From: an uncultured Candidatus Saccharibacteria bacterium
GTDB taxonomy: Bacteria > Patescibacteriota > Doudnabacteria > UBA920
DNA: 36,142 nt
Reading direction: 5' to 3'
NCBI GenBank assembly: GCA_964470855.1
Contig: CAYYEK010000001.1
Span: 1 to 36,142, forward strand
Below, piece after piece: positions 8,537-16,461 of the stretch; the first letter of the stretch is position 1, and every line of letters begins with the position of its first letter. The notes under the pieces are model-generated. The model was given only the letters and a program-made list of their open reading frames with translations, did not search any database and was not told the origin of the DNA. Made by a program: the position numbers and the translations under genes.

Positions 8537-10735
8537 ATGGGTCGAAAAAAGAAGCTCTGGAAAAAAAGTACTACACAATACTTCTTGCAACTTTTTAAAG
8601 TTAGCATTAGTGATGAAATCAAAACCACTTTGCTTGCGATATTTTTGTTTATCGCGTCTTTAGTGGTTGCGTTGGCCTTACTAGGATTTTCTGGTAGTTT
8701 TGGCGTCAGATTTAGTAGCTTTCTAGTTTCTGTTTTCGGTTTTGTTGCCTACTTATTGCCCCTGTTTTTGTTAGGTGCGCTTTGGCTACTGCTAAAAAAT
8801 GCCGGACAGAAAGACAGCTCGGGAATAGGTAAAAAAACTGTCTTCAGTCTGTTTTTGTTCTTTGCTGGCTTTTTAGGTTTGTGGCATCTGGTTTTTACTT
8901 TGCTTGAAGGGCGAGAGTTGTGGGATTTTAGTTTTGCACCAACCGGAGCTGGGGCAGTGGGGGTTGTACTTTCCGGTGTATTTCTAAAGGCTTTTGGCGC
9001 ACCCATAGCCGGACTAATTTTAATTGGAATAATGATTTCCGGGCTGGCTATCATGGCCAATTGGGAACTTGCTAAAATCAAAATTAAATGGCCGGCCACC
9101 AAACCCGCTGAACAGGCTGCAGTAGGAGCTTTGAAGCTAAAAATAAACGCTCCGCAAGATGCAAACTTTGTGGCTAAAAATGTAGATCAGCAACCGGAAC
9201 CCAGAAAGCCGGAGCAGGCGCCGGTCGCGCCCATGCCCATTGTTCATGAGTCTAAGCCTAGACAGCAAGAACTTATCCCGGATGCAGTAGTATTGACTGA
9301 AAAAACAGACTGGAAGCTTCCTCCGTTTGACATCTTAGACGACAAGAAAACCAAGGCCGATAGCGGCAACATCGAAGCCAACGCAGCCATAATCCGCAAG
9401 ACCTTGTCTGACTTTGGTATATCCGTGGAGATGGGTGAAGTCAATGTAGGGCCAACTGTGACGCAGTATACTTTACGGCCAGCGATAGGGGTTAAGCTTT
9501 CACAGATTGCGGCATTGAAAAATGATTTGGCGCTGGCTCTTGCCGCATCTTCTTTGCGTATGGAACTTCCTATACCAGGGAAGCCGTATGTGGGAGTAGA
9601 GGTCCCAAACCGTGCTGTGTCCAAAGTACTTTTACGCGATGTTATGCAAACCCCAGAATTTATCAACCACAAGAGTCCTTTGGCGTTTGCACTGGGTAGG
9701 GATGTTTCGGGTGCTCCGGTTGTCGCTGATTTGGTGAAGATGCCGCATATGTTGATTGCTGGCTCTACTGGTACTGGTAAGTCCGTGGCTTTGAATTCGT
9801 TGATTTTAAGTTTGCTGTATCGTAACACCCCCCAAAGGGTTAAGCTCATAATGATTGATCCAAAAAGGGTGGAGATGAGACCGTACAATGGCATACCACA
9901 TCTGATCACAGCCCCCATTATGGATTCAGATAAAGCAGTTAATGCTATGAAGTGGGCGGTTAACGAAATGGACCGCAGATTTAAGTTGGTTTCCGATGCT
10001 CAGAAAAAGACCATCGTGGACTACAATGAATCTGCTGCAACGCAGTTGCCGTATATCGTGATCATCATCGACGAGATGGCCGACTTGATGACTGTAGCGC
10101 AGGCTGATATAGAGGCGGCGATCGTGCGTTTGGCTCAGATGGCCAGGGCGGTTGGCATTCATCTGGTTTTAGCCACCCAAAGTCCACGAGTGGACATTAT
10201 TACTGGATTGATCAAGGCTAACATATCTTCCAGGATGGCGTTTAAGGTCACTAGTCAGTCAGAAAGCAGGATTATCCTAGATATGAGCGGGGCAGATCAA
10301 CTTTTGGGCAATGGCGACATGCTTTTTGTCTCACAAGGTGATGCGGGCCGTCCGCGGCGGGTACAGGGTTCGTTTGTGACAGACACTGAGGTGCATAAAG
10401 TTGCAGAATTTTTCATACACCAAGCTGGAGTAGTGCTGTATAACGACGAAGTAGTAGAAAAACAGAAAGGGATATCCGCTGTAGGAGGATTTGATGATAG
10501 CGAAGGTGATGAGTTTTTGGATGAGGCCAAACAAGAGGTACTACGCGCAGGCAAGGCTTCAGCCTCTTTTCTTCAGCGACGTTTGAAAATAGGGTATGCA
10601 AGGGCGGCTAGGATACTTGATCTTTTAGAACAACAGGGGGTTGTGGGTCCAGGGGATGGTGCAAAACCTCGTGAAGTATATGGCGCTACCGGGTCTGATG
10701 GACTAGATGATGACTTTGACAGGTCTGGGTTTTAA
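8537..10735 (+). CDS. ftsK: DNA translocase FtsK/SpoIIIE
   Basis: N-terminal polytopic membrane domain, Pro/Gln linker, IAGSTGTGKS Walker A, IIIDEMADL Walker B, and a C-terminal gamma winged helix (ASASFLQRRLKIGYARAARILDLLEQQGVVGP). Confidence 0.93.
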   Translation: MGRKKKLWKKSTTQYFLQLFKVSISDEIKTTLLAIFLFIASLVVALALLGFSGSFGVRFSSFLVSVFGFVAYLLPLFLLGALWLLLKNAGQKDSSGIGKKTVFSLFLFFAGFLGLWHLVFTLLEGRELWDFSFAPTGAGAVGVVLSGVFLKAFGAPIAGLILIGIMISGLAIMANWELAKIKIKWPATKPAEQAAVGALKLKINAPQDANFVAKNVDQQPEPRKPEQAPVAPMPIVHESKPRQQELIPDAVVLTEKTDWKLPPFDILDDKKTKADSGNIEANAAIIRKTLSDFGISVEMGEVNVGPTVTQYTLRPAIGVKLSQIAALKNDLALALAASSLRMELPIPGKPYVGVEVPNRAVSKVLLRDVMQTPEFINHKSPLAFALGRDVSGAPVVADLVKMPHMLIAGSTGTGKSVALNSLILSLLYRNTPQRVKLIMIDPKRVEMRPYNGIPHLITAPIMDSDKAVNAMKWAVNEMDRRFKLVSDAQKKTIVDYNESAATQLPYIVIIIDEMADLMTVAQADIEAAIVRLAQMARAVGIHLVLATQSPRVDIITGLIKANISSRMAFKVTSQSESRIILDMSGADQLLGNGDMLFVSQGDAGRPRRVQGSFVTDTEVHKVAEFFIHQAGVVLYNDEVVEKQKGISAVGGFDDSEGDEFLDEAKQEVLRAGKASASFLQRRLKIGYARAARILDLLEQQGVVGPGDGAKPREVYGATGSDGLDDDFDRSGF

Positions 10736-10755
10736 GTTTGTAGTATAATAATATT

Positions 10756-11724
10756 ATGGGTTTTGAGGTTCATAAGCTGAAGACTGAAACATTGGGCGAG
10801 TATCTTAGCTCGGTGCGTTTTTTTTGGAATTTGACCACGGAGCAAGTGGCTGATCGTTGTGGAGTTTCTGCGAAACTTTTAGAGAATCTGGAGACTGGAA
10901 ATTTTAATCAGATGCCCGAGCAAGTTTATGTTTTAGGTTTTCTTAGAAAATTAGCAAGGCTGTATAAGATTAACGAGATAGATATCGTCCGGCAGTTTAA
11001 AAAGGAGGCGGGTTTTCATCAGACGCCTACCAATGATTCTCCAAAGATTTGGAGGAAGTTGGTAGGATGGGCCTGGCTTCCTGGTCGGTGGTGGATAAGT
11101 TTTGGGCTTGGGGCCTTCTTGCTGGTCGTGGGAGTGGTCGGTTACCAAGTGGCTGCTATAGCAATGGTTCCTGATCTGGAAATCTATAGCCCTATCGAAG
11201 GTCAAAATCTAGACGGCGGGGTGGTGTCTGTTGCTGGTAGGGCCACTCCAGGTAGCGAAATTGTTATCAACAACCAGCAAATTTTTGCTGGTGAAGATGG
11301 AGACTTTTCTGTCAGTCTTGGGGTTCTTTCAGGTATCCAGACTTTGAATGTAAAAGCCAAAAATCGTTTTGGAAAAGAGAGTGCCAGAGTGGTTAATTTT
11401 TCGGTTAATGGGAATTTTGATCAGAAGGCGTACGGCCCAGCCCATCCTTCTGTAGTGCTTGGGGTCAAAATTGATTCAGGTGTTGAGGCGGGCGTAACCT
11501 TGAAAGGAGTGTTTCGTCCTGTAGAACCGGCGGCGGGTGGGTTTTCATTTTATACTTCCGGTTCAACTATCTTGCTTTCTACCATGGACGCGGGCAAAAC
11601 TCGGGTCGTACTCAACGGGCAAGATATGGGTTACCTAGGAAAACCAGGAGAAGAGTTAAACAATATACCTTTTACCGCAGGTCCGCAGGTGGGCTTGCTT
11701 GAGCAAAAGCTTTCCAGTAAATAA
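10756..11724 (+). CDS. RodZ-like HTH membrane protein
   Basis: XRE-type HTH ([25 protein letters not shown] ... [14 protein letters not shown]), one TM helix ([19 protein letters not shown]), and a beta-rich external part. Confidence 0.6.
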   Translation: MGFEVHKLKTETLGEYLSSVRFFWNLTTEQVADRCGVSAKLLENLETGNFNQMPEQVYVLGFLRKLARLYKINEIDIVRQFKKEAGFHQTPTNDSPKIWRKLVGWAWLPGRWWISFGLGAFLLVVGVVGYQVAAIAMVPDLEIYSPIEGQNLDGGVVSVAGRATPGSEIVINNQQIFAGEDGDFSVSLGVLSGIQTLNVKAKNRFGKESARVVNFSVNGNFDQKAYGPAHPSVVLGVKIDSGVEAGVTLKGVFRPVEPAAGGFSFYTSGSTILLSTMDAGKTRVVLNGQDMGYLGKPGEELNNIPFTAGPQVGLLEQKLSSK

Positions 11725-11729
11725 ACATT

Positions 11730-12776
11730 ATGCCAAAAAATTTAAAGTCAAAACCAGATTCGGATACAGGTTCAGCTAAGTGGAAAGCGGTTGCTACCGC
11801 CCTTGATCACATAAAGGAGAAGTTTGGGGAAGGCAGCATCATGAAGTTGGCTGACTCAAAGACCTTAAGCGTAGAGGCTATACCTACAGGCAGCGTGAGT
11901 TTAGACCTTGCACTTGGGGTAGGCGGGATTCCTAGAGGTAGAATTATCGAAGTTTTTGGCCCGGAAAGTTCCGGTAAAACTACCTTGACTTTGCATATGA
12001 TAGCTGAAGTTCAAAAGATGGGAGGATTGGCTGCCTTCATAGACGCAGAGCATGCTTTGGATCCTGAGTACGCAGCACACCTTGGAGTAAAACTAGATGA
12101 TTTGTTGGTTTCGCAGCCAGACTCCGGTGAGCAGGCATTGGATATAGCCGAAACTTTAGTTAGAAGTAACGCGGTAGATCTGATAGTCATAGACTCGGTC
12201 GCTGCTTTGACTCCACGCGCGGAAATTGAAGGAGAAATGGGGGATAGCCATATGGGCTTACATGCTAGGCTGATGAGTCAAGCGCTTCGTAAATTGACTG
12301 GTATTATTTCAAAATCCAAATCAACTGTGATCTTCATAAATCAGATAAGGATGAAGATAGGTGTGATGTTTGGCAACCCCGAGACAACTACTGGTGGCAA
12401 TGCTCTCAAGTTTTATGCTTCAGTAAGGCTAGATGTCCGCAAAACTGCGCAGATAAAAAACGGAGATAATGTCGTTGGCAATAGGGTTAAGGTAAAAGTG
12501 GTAAAAAACAAAGTGGCGCCACCTTTTAAGTCTGCTGAATTTGATGTGATGTATGTGCCAGGCAATTGGGGTATATCAGCTTCAGGTGATGCTCTAGATA
12601 CGGGTGTGGCGCTCGGTGTGATTGAGAAATCTGGTAACACCTACCTGTTCGGTGAGAACAAGTTGGGGGTGGGTAGAGAGAACGCCAAAACTACTTTGGG
12701 CCAGGATTTGCCACTTCTTGCCAAACTTATAGAAGCAGTTCGCTTAAAAGCTAAACAGGCTCAAGAAGAGGTTTAA
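11730..12776 (+). CDS. recA: recombinase RecA
   Basis: [13 protein letters not shown] Walker [56 protein letters not shown]. Confidence 0.97.
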   Translation: MPKNLKSKPDSDTGSAKWKAVATALDHIKEKFGEGSIMKLADSKTLSVEAIPTGSVSLDLALGVGGIPRGRIIEVFGPESSGKTTLTLHMIAEVQKMGGLAAFIDAEHALDPEYAAHLGVKLDDLLVSQPDSGEQALDIAETLVRSNAVDLIVIDSVAALTPRAEIEGEMGDSHMGLHARLMSQALRKLTGIISKSKSTVIFINQIRMKIGVMFGNPETTTGGNALKFYASVRLDVRKTAQIKNGDNVVGNRVKVKVVKNKVAPPFKSAEFDVMYVPGNWGISASGDALDTGVALGVIEKSGNTYLFGENKLGVGRENAKTTLGQDLPLLAKLIEAVRLKAKQAQEEV

Positions 12777-12792
12777 CGCATAAGGTGTTTGG

Positions 12793-12825
12793 ACGCCACT
12801 TTCTGATAAAGTGGCGTTTTTTTTG
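12793..12825 (+). terminator. rho-independent terminator after recA
   Basis: ACGCCACTT-tctgata-AAGTGGCGT followed by a T8 run. Confidence 0.85.
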
Positions 12826-12852
12826 TTTCTATAAATAGGGTATTATATTCTT

Positions 12853-15027
12853 ATGTCGAACGAAATTGAATACTGTTGCTTAGACATAGAAGCTTCGGGT
12901 TTTAATCCGGAAAAAGAAGAAGTTCTTGAGCTTGGTATGGTCAAATTTAGGGTTGTAGAAGGCCAAATTACTAGAACCGACTCCTATAACGCTGTGTATA
13001 AGCCAGTTTTAAAAAATACTAATCACAGAGTGCTAGACCTAACCGGCATCACAACAGCTGAGATGGAACATGGTTTGCTGTTTGAAGACGAAAAAGAAAA
13101 GATACGATCTGTACTGGCCGGGGCTGTTCTAGTTGGCCATGGGCTGCAGCTGGATCTCGCATTTTTGAACTATCATGGGCTTATAGTCGGCACTGCCACA
13201 CGCATCGATACTTTGGAGATGGCGCAGGTTTTTTGGCCTACACATAAATCGTATAATCTCGAAAATTTGGCCATGAATTTGGAACACGAGACAAACGCTT
13301 TTCATAGAGCCATGGCCGATGTGGAAGCGACATTGGCGGTTTTAAAGGGGTGTGCTGCGGTTTTCCAGAACTTGCCAGATGACACGCGAAAAGTTTTTCA
13401 CTCCTCATATGTACAAGCATCTTATCCTTGGGCGCATATTTTGGACTCTTTACGACTAGATCTTGGTCGTGTGGCTGTTTTGAACACAAAGGACCCCAAG
13501 CCTGATCTTCATAAGTTGGCAGCTCTAGTTGCTGAGCAAGTTCAAACAGGAGTGGTCGCCTACCCGTCTCTTGTAGATGCAAAGCGCTTGGCCTCGCAGT
13601 TAGATAACCAAACGCACAGGTTTTTCAGTGGAACTAGGCTCAATTTTTCACTATTAACAGCTTTTATAAATGAGCCTACTTCCATGCCCGAGTATGCTTT
13701 GCTTGGGGCCTTGAAGGCTGTGGTTTTTTCAGTGGTTGGTGACCAGGCTGGAGAAACTATCAACTGGGCTGCTCAAGGAAAGGAGGTAGTGCAACTACTG
13801 ACTAAAGAAGACGAGGCTTCCATTGGAAGCTACACCTATCATACGGATTATCCAATGGCAGTAAAAAAGTTGTCCGCTGCTCCACAGCTAAGTATCATCG
13901 AGAAGGCTCGATTTTTTGACTGGCTGGAGCTACGATCAGGAGATAGAGTCTCATGGGGAAAGCTTGTTGGTTACTGCTACTCGATTTACAATCCGCTGTC
14001 CAAATTCGGAGATCAAGACCTAGAAGAAGATGTAGTAACAGCCATAACTGCCATTGATTTATGCTTTGCAAACATTTTATTACTTTTTAAAAAGCACAAC
14101 AGGCTTGTTCAGGGAGTGCTTGGTGTAGAAGACTTGGATCCTTTCGTGAAGTCTAGGATTTTAGAAACCCTTGATCACCTTTGTATCCAGCTTCAACGCG
14201 TGAGGTTTGATACTACCTGGTTCCTCCATAAGGTCCAAAGGCTTGAGGAGGTTATTCGTAGTGGTGGGGGTTCTGGATATGTGGTTTGGGTAGAATTCTC
14301 GGATAGCCGATTTGAGTTTATTTACAAACCACTGTTTTTAGATGATGCTGCTTTTTCTGTTTTAGGGCACGACCAGGCAGCACAAGTGCTTGAGACATTT
14401 TCGACTGCTCGGCTTGATAGGTATTATGAGAGTAGGTTTGAAAAAAAACTGAGCTTGAAAGCAGTTGCAGTCTTACAGGAGCCTGCTATGTCTATGGCCG
14501 AATACACTAGTTTAAGAGGTTTGGCAAAGATTCTGTCTCAAATACCACCAAAAAGCGTGGTGCTATTTGAAGATATCGCTCAAGCTAAAGAAGTGTTCGA
14601 TGCTATTCTTGCTGAAGGTCGCGTGCAGCGGGATATCTTAGTTCAGGGTATACATGGAGGGCCAACAAAACTAGCTTCAAATTTTGTATGGAAAAGTGGT
14701 TCTAGGCTTTGGTTGTCTTTAAGTTCTGCCTCCAAGCTAGCGGTTTCCCTTTTAAGTTCGCGGGAATTGTATGTCGTACTGCGCGGGTCTAGCACTTTTT
14801 CTCATCCTTACATACAAGCTCTTACTAGATTGCATACTGGCTATGACAATGATTTTGAGTGGAAGGCAGATTTTTTGCTAGCGACCATAATAAAATCTTT
14901 GCCTGTTTCTCTGTCCACACTATCCGTAACTATTTATAGTCATGAGCGTGAATTATGGCCAACTGTTTTCGACGCATTGTCTTCAAGGCTGGGGTCTATA
15001 CCTAAAAAAACAGTACTTACCTCTTGA
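12853..15027 (+). CDS. DEDDh 3'-5' exonuclease (DnaQ/epsilon-like) fused to a degenerate DinG/Rad3-like helicase body
   Basis: Exo I CLDIEASGF, Exo II LVGHGLQLDLAFL, Exo III FHRAMADVEA in the first ~165 aa. The C-terminal ~150 aa (VVLFEDIAQAKEVF ... ILVQGIHGG ... LYVVLRG) resembles the DinG helicase C-terminal domain. I found no Walker A or DEAH box. Confidence 0.65.
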   Translation: MSNEIEYCCLDIEASGFNPEKEEVLELGMVKFRVVEGQITRTDSYNAVYKPVLKNTNHRVLDLTGITTAEMEHGLLFEDEKEKIRSVLAGAVLVGHGLQLDLAFLNYHGLIVGTATRIDTLEMAQVFWPTHKSYNLENLAMNLEHETNAFHRAMADVEATLAVLKGCAAVFQNLPDDTRKVFHSSYVQASYPWAHILDSLRLDLGRVAVLNTKDPKPDLHKLAALVAEQVQTGVVAYPSLVDAKRLASQLDNQTHRFFSGTRLNFSLLTAFINEPTSMPEYALLGALKAVVFSVVGDQAGETINWAAQGKEVVQLLTKEDEASIGSYTYHTDYPMAVKKLSAAPQLSIIEKARFFDWLELRSGDRVSWGKLVGYCYSIYNPLSKFGDQDLEEDVVTAITAIDLCFANILLLFKKHNRLVQGVLGVEDLDPFVKSRILETLDHLCIQLQRVRFDTTWFLHKVQRLEEVIRSGGGSGYVVWVEFSDSRFEFIYKPLFLDDAAFSVLGHDQAAQVLETFSTARLDRYYESRFEKKLSLKAVAVLQEPAMSMAEYTSLRGLAKILSQIPPKSVVLFEDIAQAKEVFDAILAEGRVQRDILVQGIHGGPTKLASNFVWKSGSRLWLSLSSASKLAVSLLSSRELYVVLRGSSTFSHPYIQALTRLHTGYDNDFEWKADFLLATIIKSLPVSLSTLSVTIYSHERELWPTVFDALSSRLGSIPKKTVLTS

Positions 15028-15159
15028 TAATCCACTTCCACCCTCACTTATCCACAAGCTTTAAAAAAATAAAAATAACTAAAAACATCTCATCCTCAGT
15101 TTCGTTCGATCAAAATCCCTTTTAAACAAAAACAAGTTAGGTTGTTGGTTTGGGTTTTC

Positions 15160-15189
15160 TTGACACAACTAGTGTTTATTTTTTATGAT
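15160..15189 (+). promoter_or_regulatory. near-consensus sigma-70 promoter TTGACA-18-TATGAT with no ORF behind it
   Basis: TTGACA at 15160-15165 and TATGAT at 15184-15189. The next CDS starts 517 nt downstream. Confidence 0.6.
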
Positions 15190-15621
15190 TAGTTTGTAGG
15201 AGGAGTTGGCACCTTAACAATCTAAAAGTTACAACTGCAAGAAGGAAGACTGGTCTAAATTTATTACTTTTAGGACAGCCTCCCTTTAGGCTCTTCGTCA
15301 TAGCCTTCCAGCCAAGGCTGATTGAAAACAAAAATCAAAAAAAACTTTGAAAAATAAAATACAAAAATCAAATTTTAAAAAAACAACTTGTTAGGTCCAA
15401 GCGGACCAGAAGAGGAGCTTAGAGTGCAGTTTGACTAAAATTAGGCTGGGGAGTCAGACGCTAACTGCTTGTTGTAAAAAACGGGCGGTATGCCTTAAGT
15501 GACGAAAATGTCGCCTTGTGTAGCGCTTTCTGTTTAAAACAGGAGTTTTTATTCAGAAAGAGCTACGCAAAGTGACTCAAACTTGAGGCCTTAGGCCTCT
15601 GCAGGGCACTTTAATAAACGT

Positions 15622-15650
15622 GGCCCTAAAGCAGGGGCCTTTTGTATTTG
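15622..15650 (+). terminator. terminator-like hairpin with a competing upstream pairing
   Basis: GGCCC(T)-aaagca-(G)GGGCC followed by TTTTGTATTTGTTTG. The same GGCCC can instead pair with AGGGCAC at 15603-15609. Confidence 0.5.
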
Positions 15651-15706
15651 TTTGTTATAGTTTATACTTATTTTAAGTTAAGGCAGAAGTAATACTAACA
15701 AGGTTT

Positions 15707-16021
15707 ATGCTAACCCCAGAATTTATAGAAGAAATGCGACAGGTTCTGTTGCAAAAAAAACTTCAGTTAGAGCAAGAGTTGCTCGGACTTCAGCCCCATG
15801 TGGAGCTTGGAGAAACCGAAGAGGACACTGCTGCTGAGTTGCCTATTGACGAGCAGAGTCAGGATCTTATAACACATATCAAACAAGATTTGAGAAAAAT
15901 CGATAAAGCTTTGGCTAAAATTGATGCAGGGACATATGGTGTGGATGATGAGGGAAGGGAGTTTGCAGAAGAACAGCTACGAGCCAATCCATACGCGGAA
16001 GTGGCTTTGGTAGTGGATTAG
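15707..16021 (+). CDS. DksA/TraR-family protein lacking the zinc-finger cysteines
   Basis: Coiled-coil N-terminus, then KIDKALAKIDAGTYGVDDEGREFAEEQLRANPYAEV. This aligns with the DksA/TraR C4 region, but both first-pair Cys positions are replaced and the protein ends before a second pair. Confidence 0.65.
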   Translation: MLTPEFIEEMRQVLLQKKLQLEQELLGLQPHVELGETEEDTAAELPIDEQSQDLITHIKQDLRKIDKALAKIDAGTYGVDDEGREFAEEQLRANPYAEVALVVD

Positions 16022-16028
16022 GTCTGGT

Positions 16029-16460
16029 ATGTTTATGACTAATTCAAAACGAGTAGGCTTCGCCATACTCGTTTTTGTATTACTGGTCGTTTTAGATGTC
16101 TTGGCGAGGTGGTGGTTTTCCGCAGGTTGGGTTGACTGGTCGCTTGGCCTCTTGAGATTAGAATTCTACGCCAACCCTCGGCTTCTCTTCAGCCTCAGTT
16201 TTGGTCGCATGCTGGACTTAGCGTTGCCTGTGCTTGCGCTCTCTATCCTGGTGTTCCTTAGCTGGAGGGCATATAAACGACAGAATTGGCCTGCTTTTAC
16301 AAGCAGTGTGGCTTTAATCATTTTGGGGCTTCTTAATGTGGGCGAGCGTTTGACACGAGGCTATGTCACCGACTATATTCGAATATTAAACGGATACTTC
16401 AATTTGGCGGATTTTTTAATAATAATTATACTGCTCACTTGGCTTAAAAAAAGTAAATAG
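16029..16460 (+). CDS. lspA: lipoprotein signal peptidase II
   Basis: Four hydrophobic segments. GYVTDYIRILNGYFNLADFLIII matches the C-terminal catalytic Asp box (VDF...FN.AD). The N-terminal box is divergent (NPRLLFSLSFG). Confidence 0.7.
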   Translation: MFMTNSKRVGFAILVFVLLVVLDVLARWWFSAGWVDWSLGLLRLEFYANPRLLFSLSFGRMLDLALPVLALSILVFLSWRAYKRQNWPAFTSSVALIILGLLNVGERLTRGYVTDYIRILNGYFNLADFLIIIILLTWLKKSK

Positions 16461-16461
16461 T

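Noticed and set aside
9244-9918. Long antisense ORFs in the six-frame track (for example 9244-9918, 8749-9102, 1638-2057, 2235-2678, 17526-17924, 29273-29683, 31379-31756, all on the minus strand).
   Set aside because: Each lies entirely within, or largely opposite, a strongly supported sense-strand gene. Their low-complexity Ser/Pro/Thr-rich translations are typical of shadow ORFs.
8537-10735. FtsK/SpoIIIE ATPase as a possible coupling protein or translocase for the pilin-module cluster.
   Set aside because: It has the full housekeeping architecture: a polytopic N-terminus, a linker, a motor and a gamma KOPS-reading winged helix. It sits in an ftsK / rodZ-like / recA unit about 10 kb from the cluster.
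15048-15056. Perfect DnaA box TTATCCACA, with a weaker taatccact nearby and an AT-rich stretch following. Possible replication origin.
   Set aside because: There is a single perfect box, with no dnaA or dnaN nearby and no switch in gene orientation at this point. One 9-mer match in 36 kb on two strands is not far from chance expectation.
15440-15650. Possible tmRNA: a GGGGAGTC start, an A-rich segment, and a reading frame beginning GAC GAA AAT GTC GCC TTG that loosely recalls tag peptides.
   Set aside because: There is no GGATTCGAC-like 5' element, no T arm and no tRNA-Ala-like acceptor/CCA 3' end before the next CDS. The putative tag does not end in a hydrophobic ALAA-type tail.
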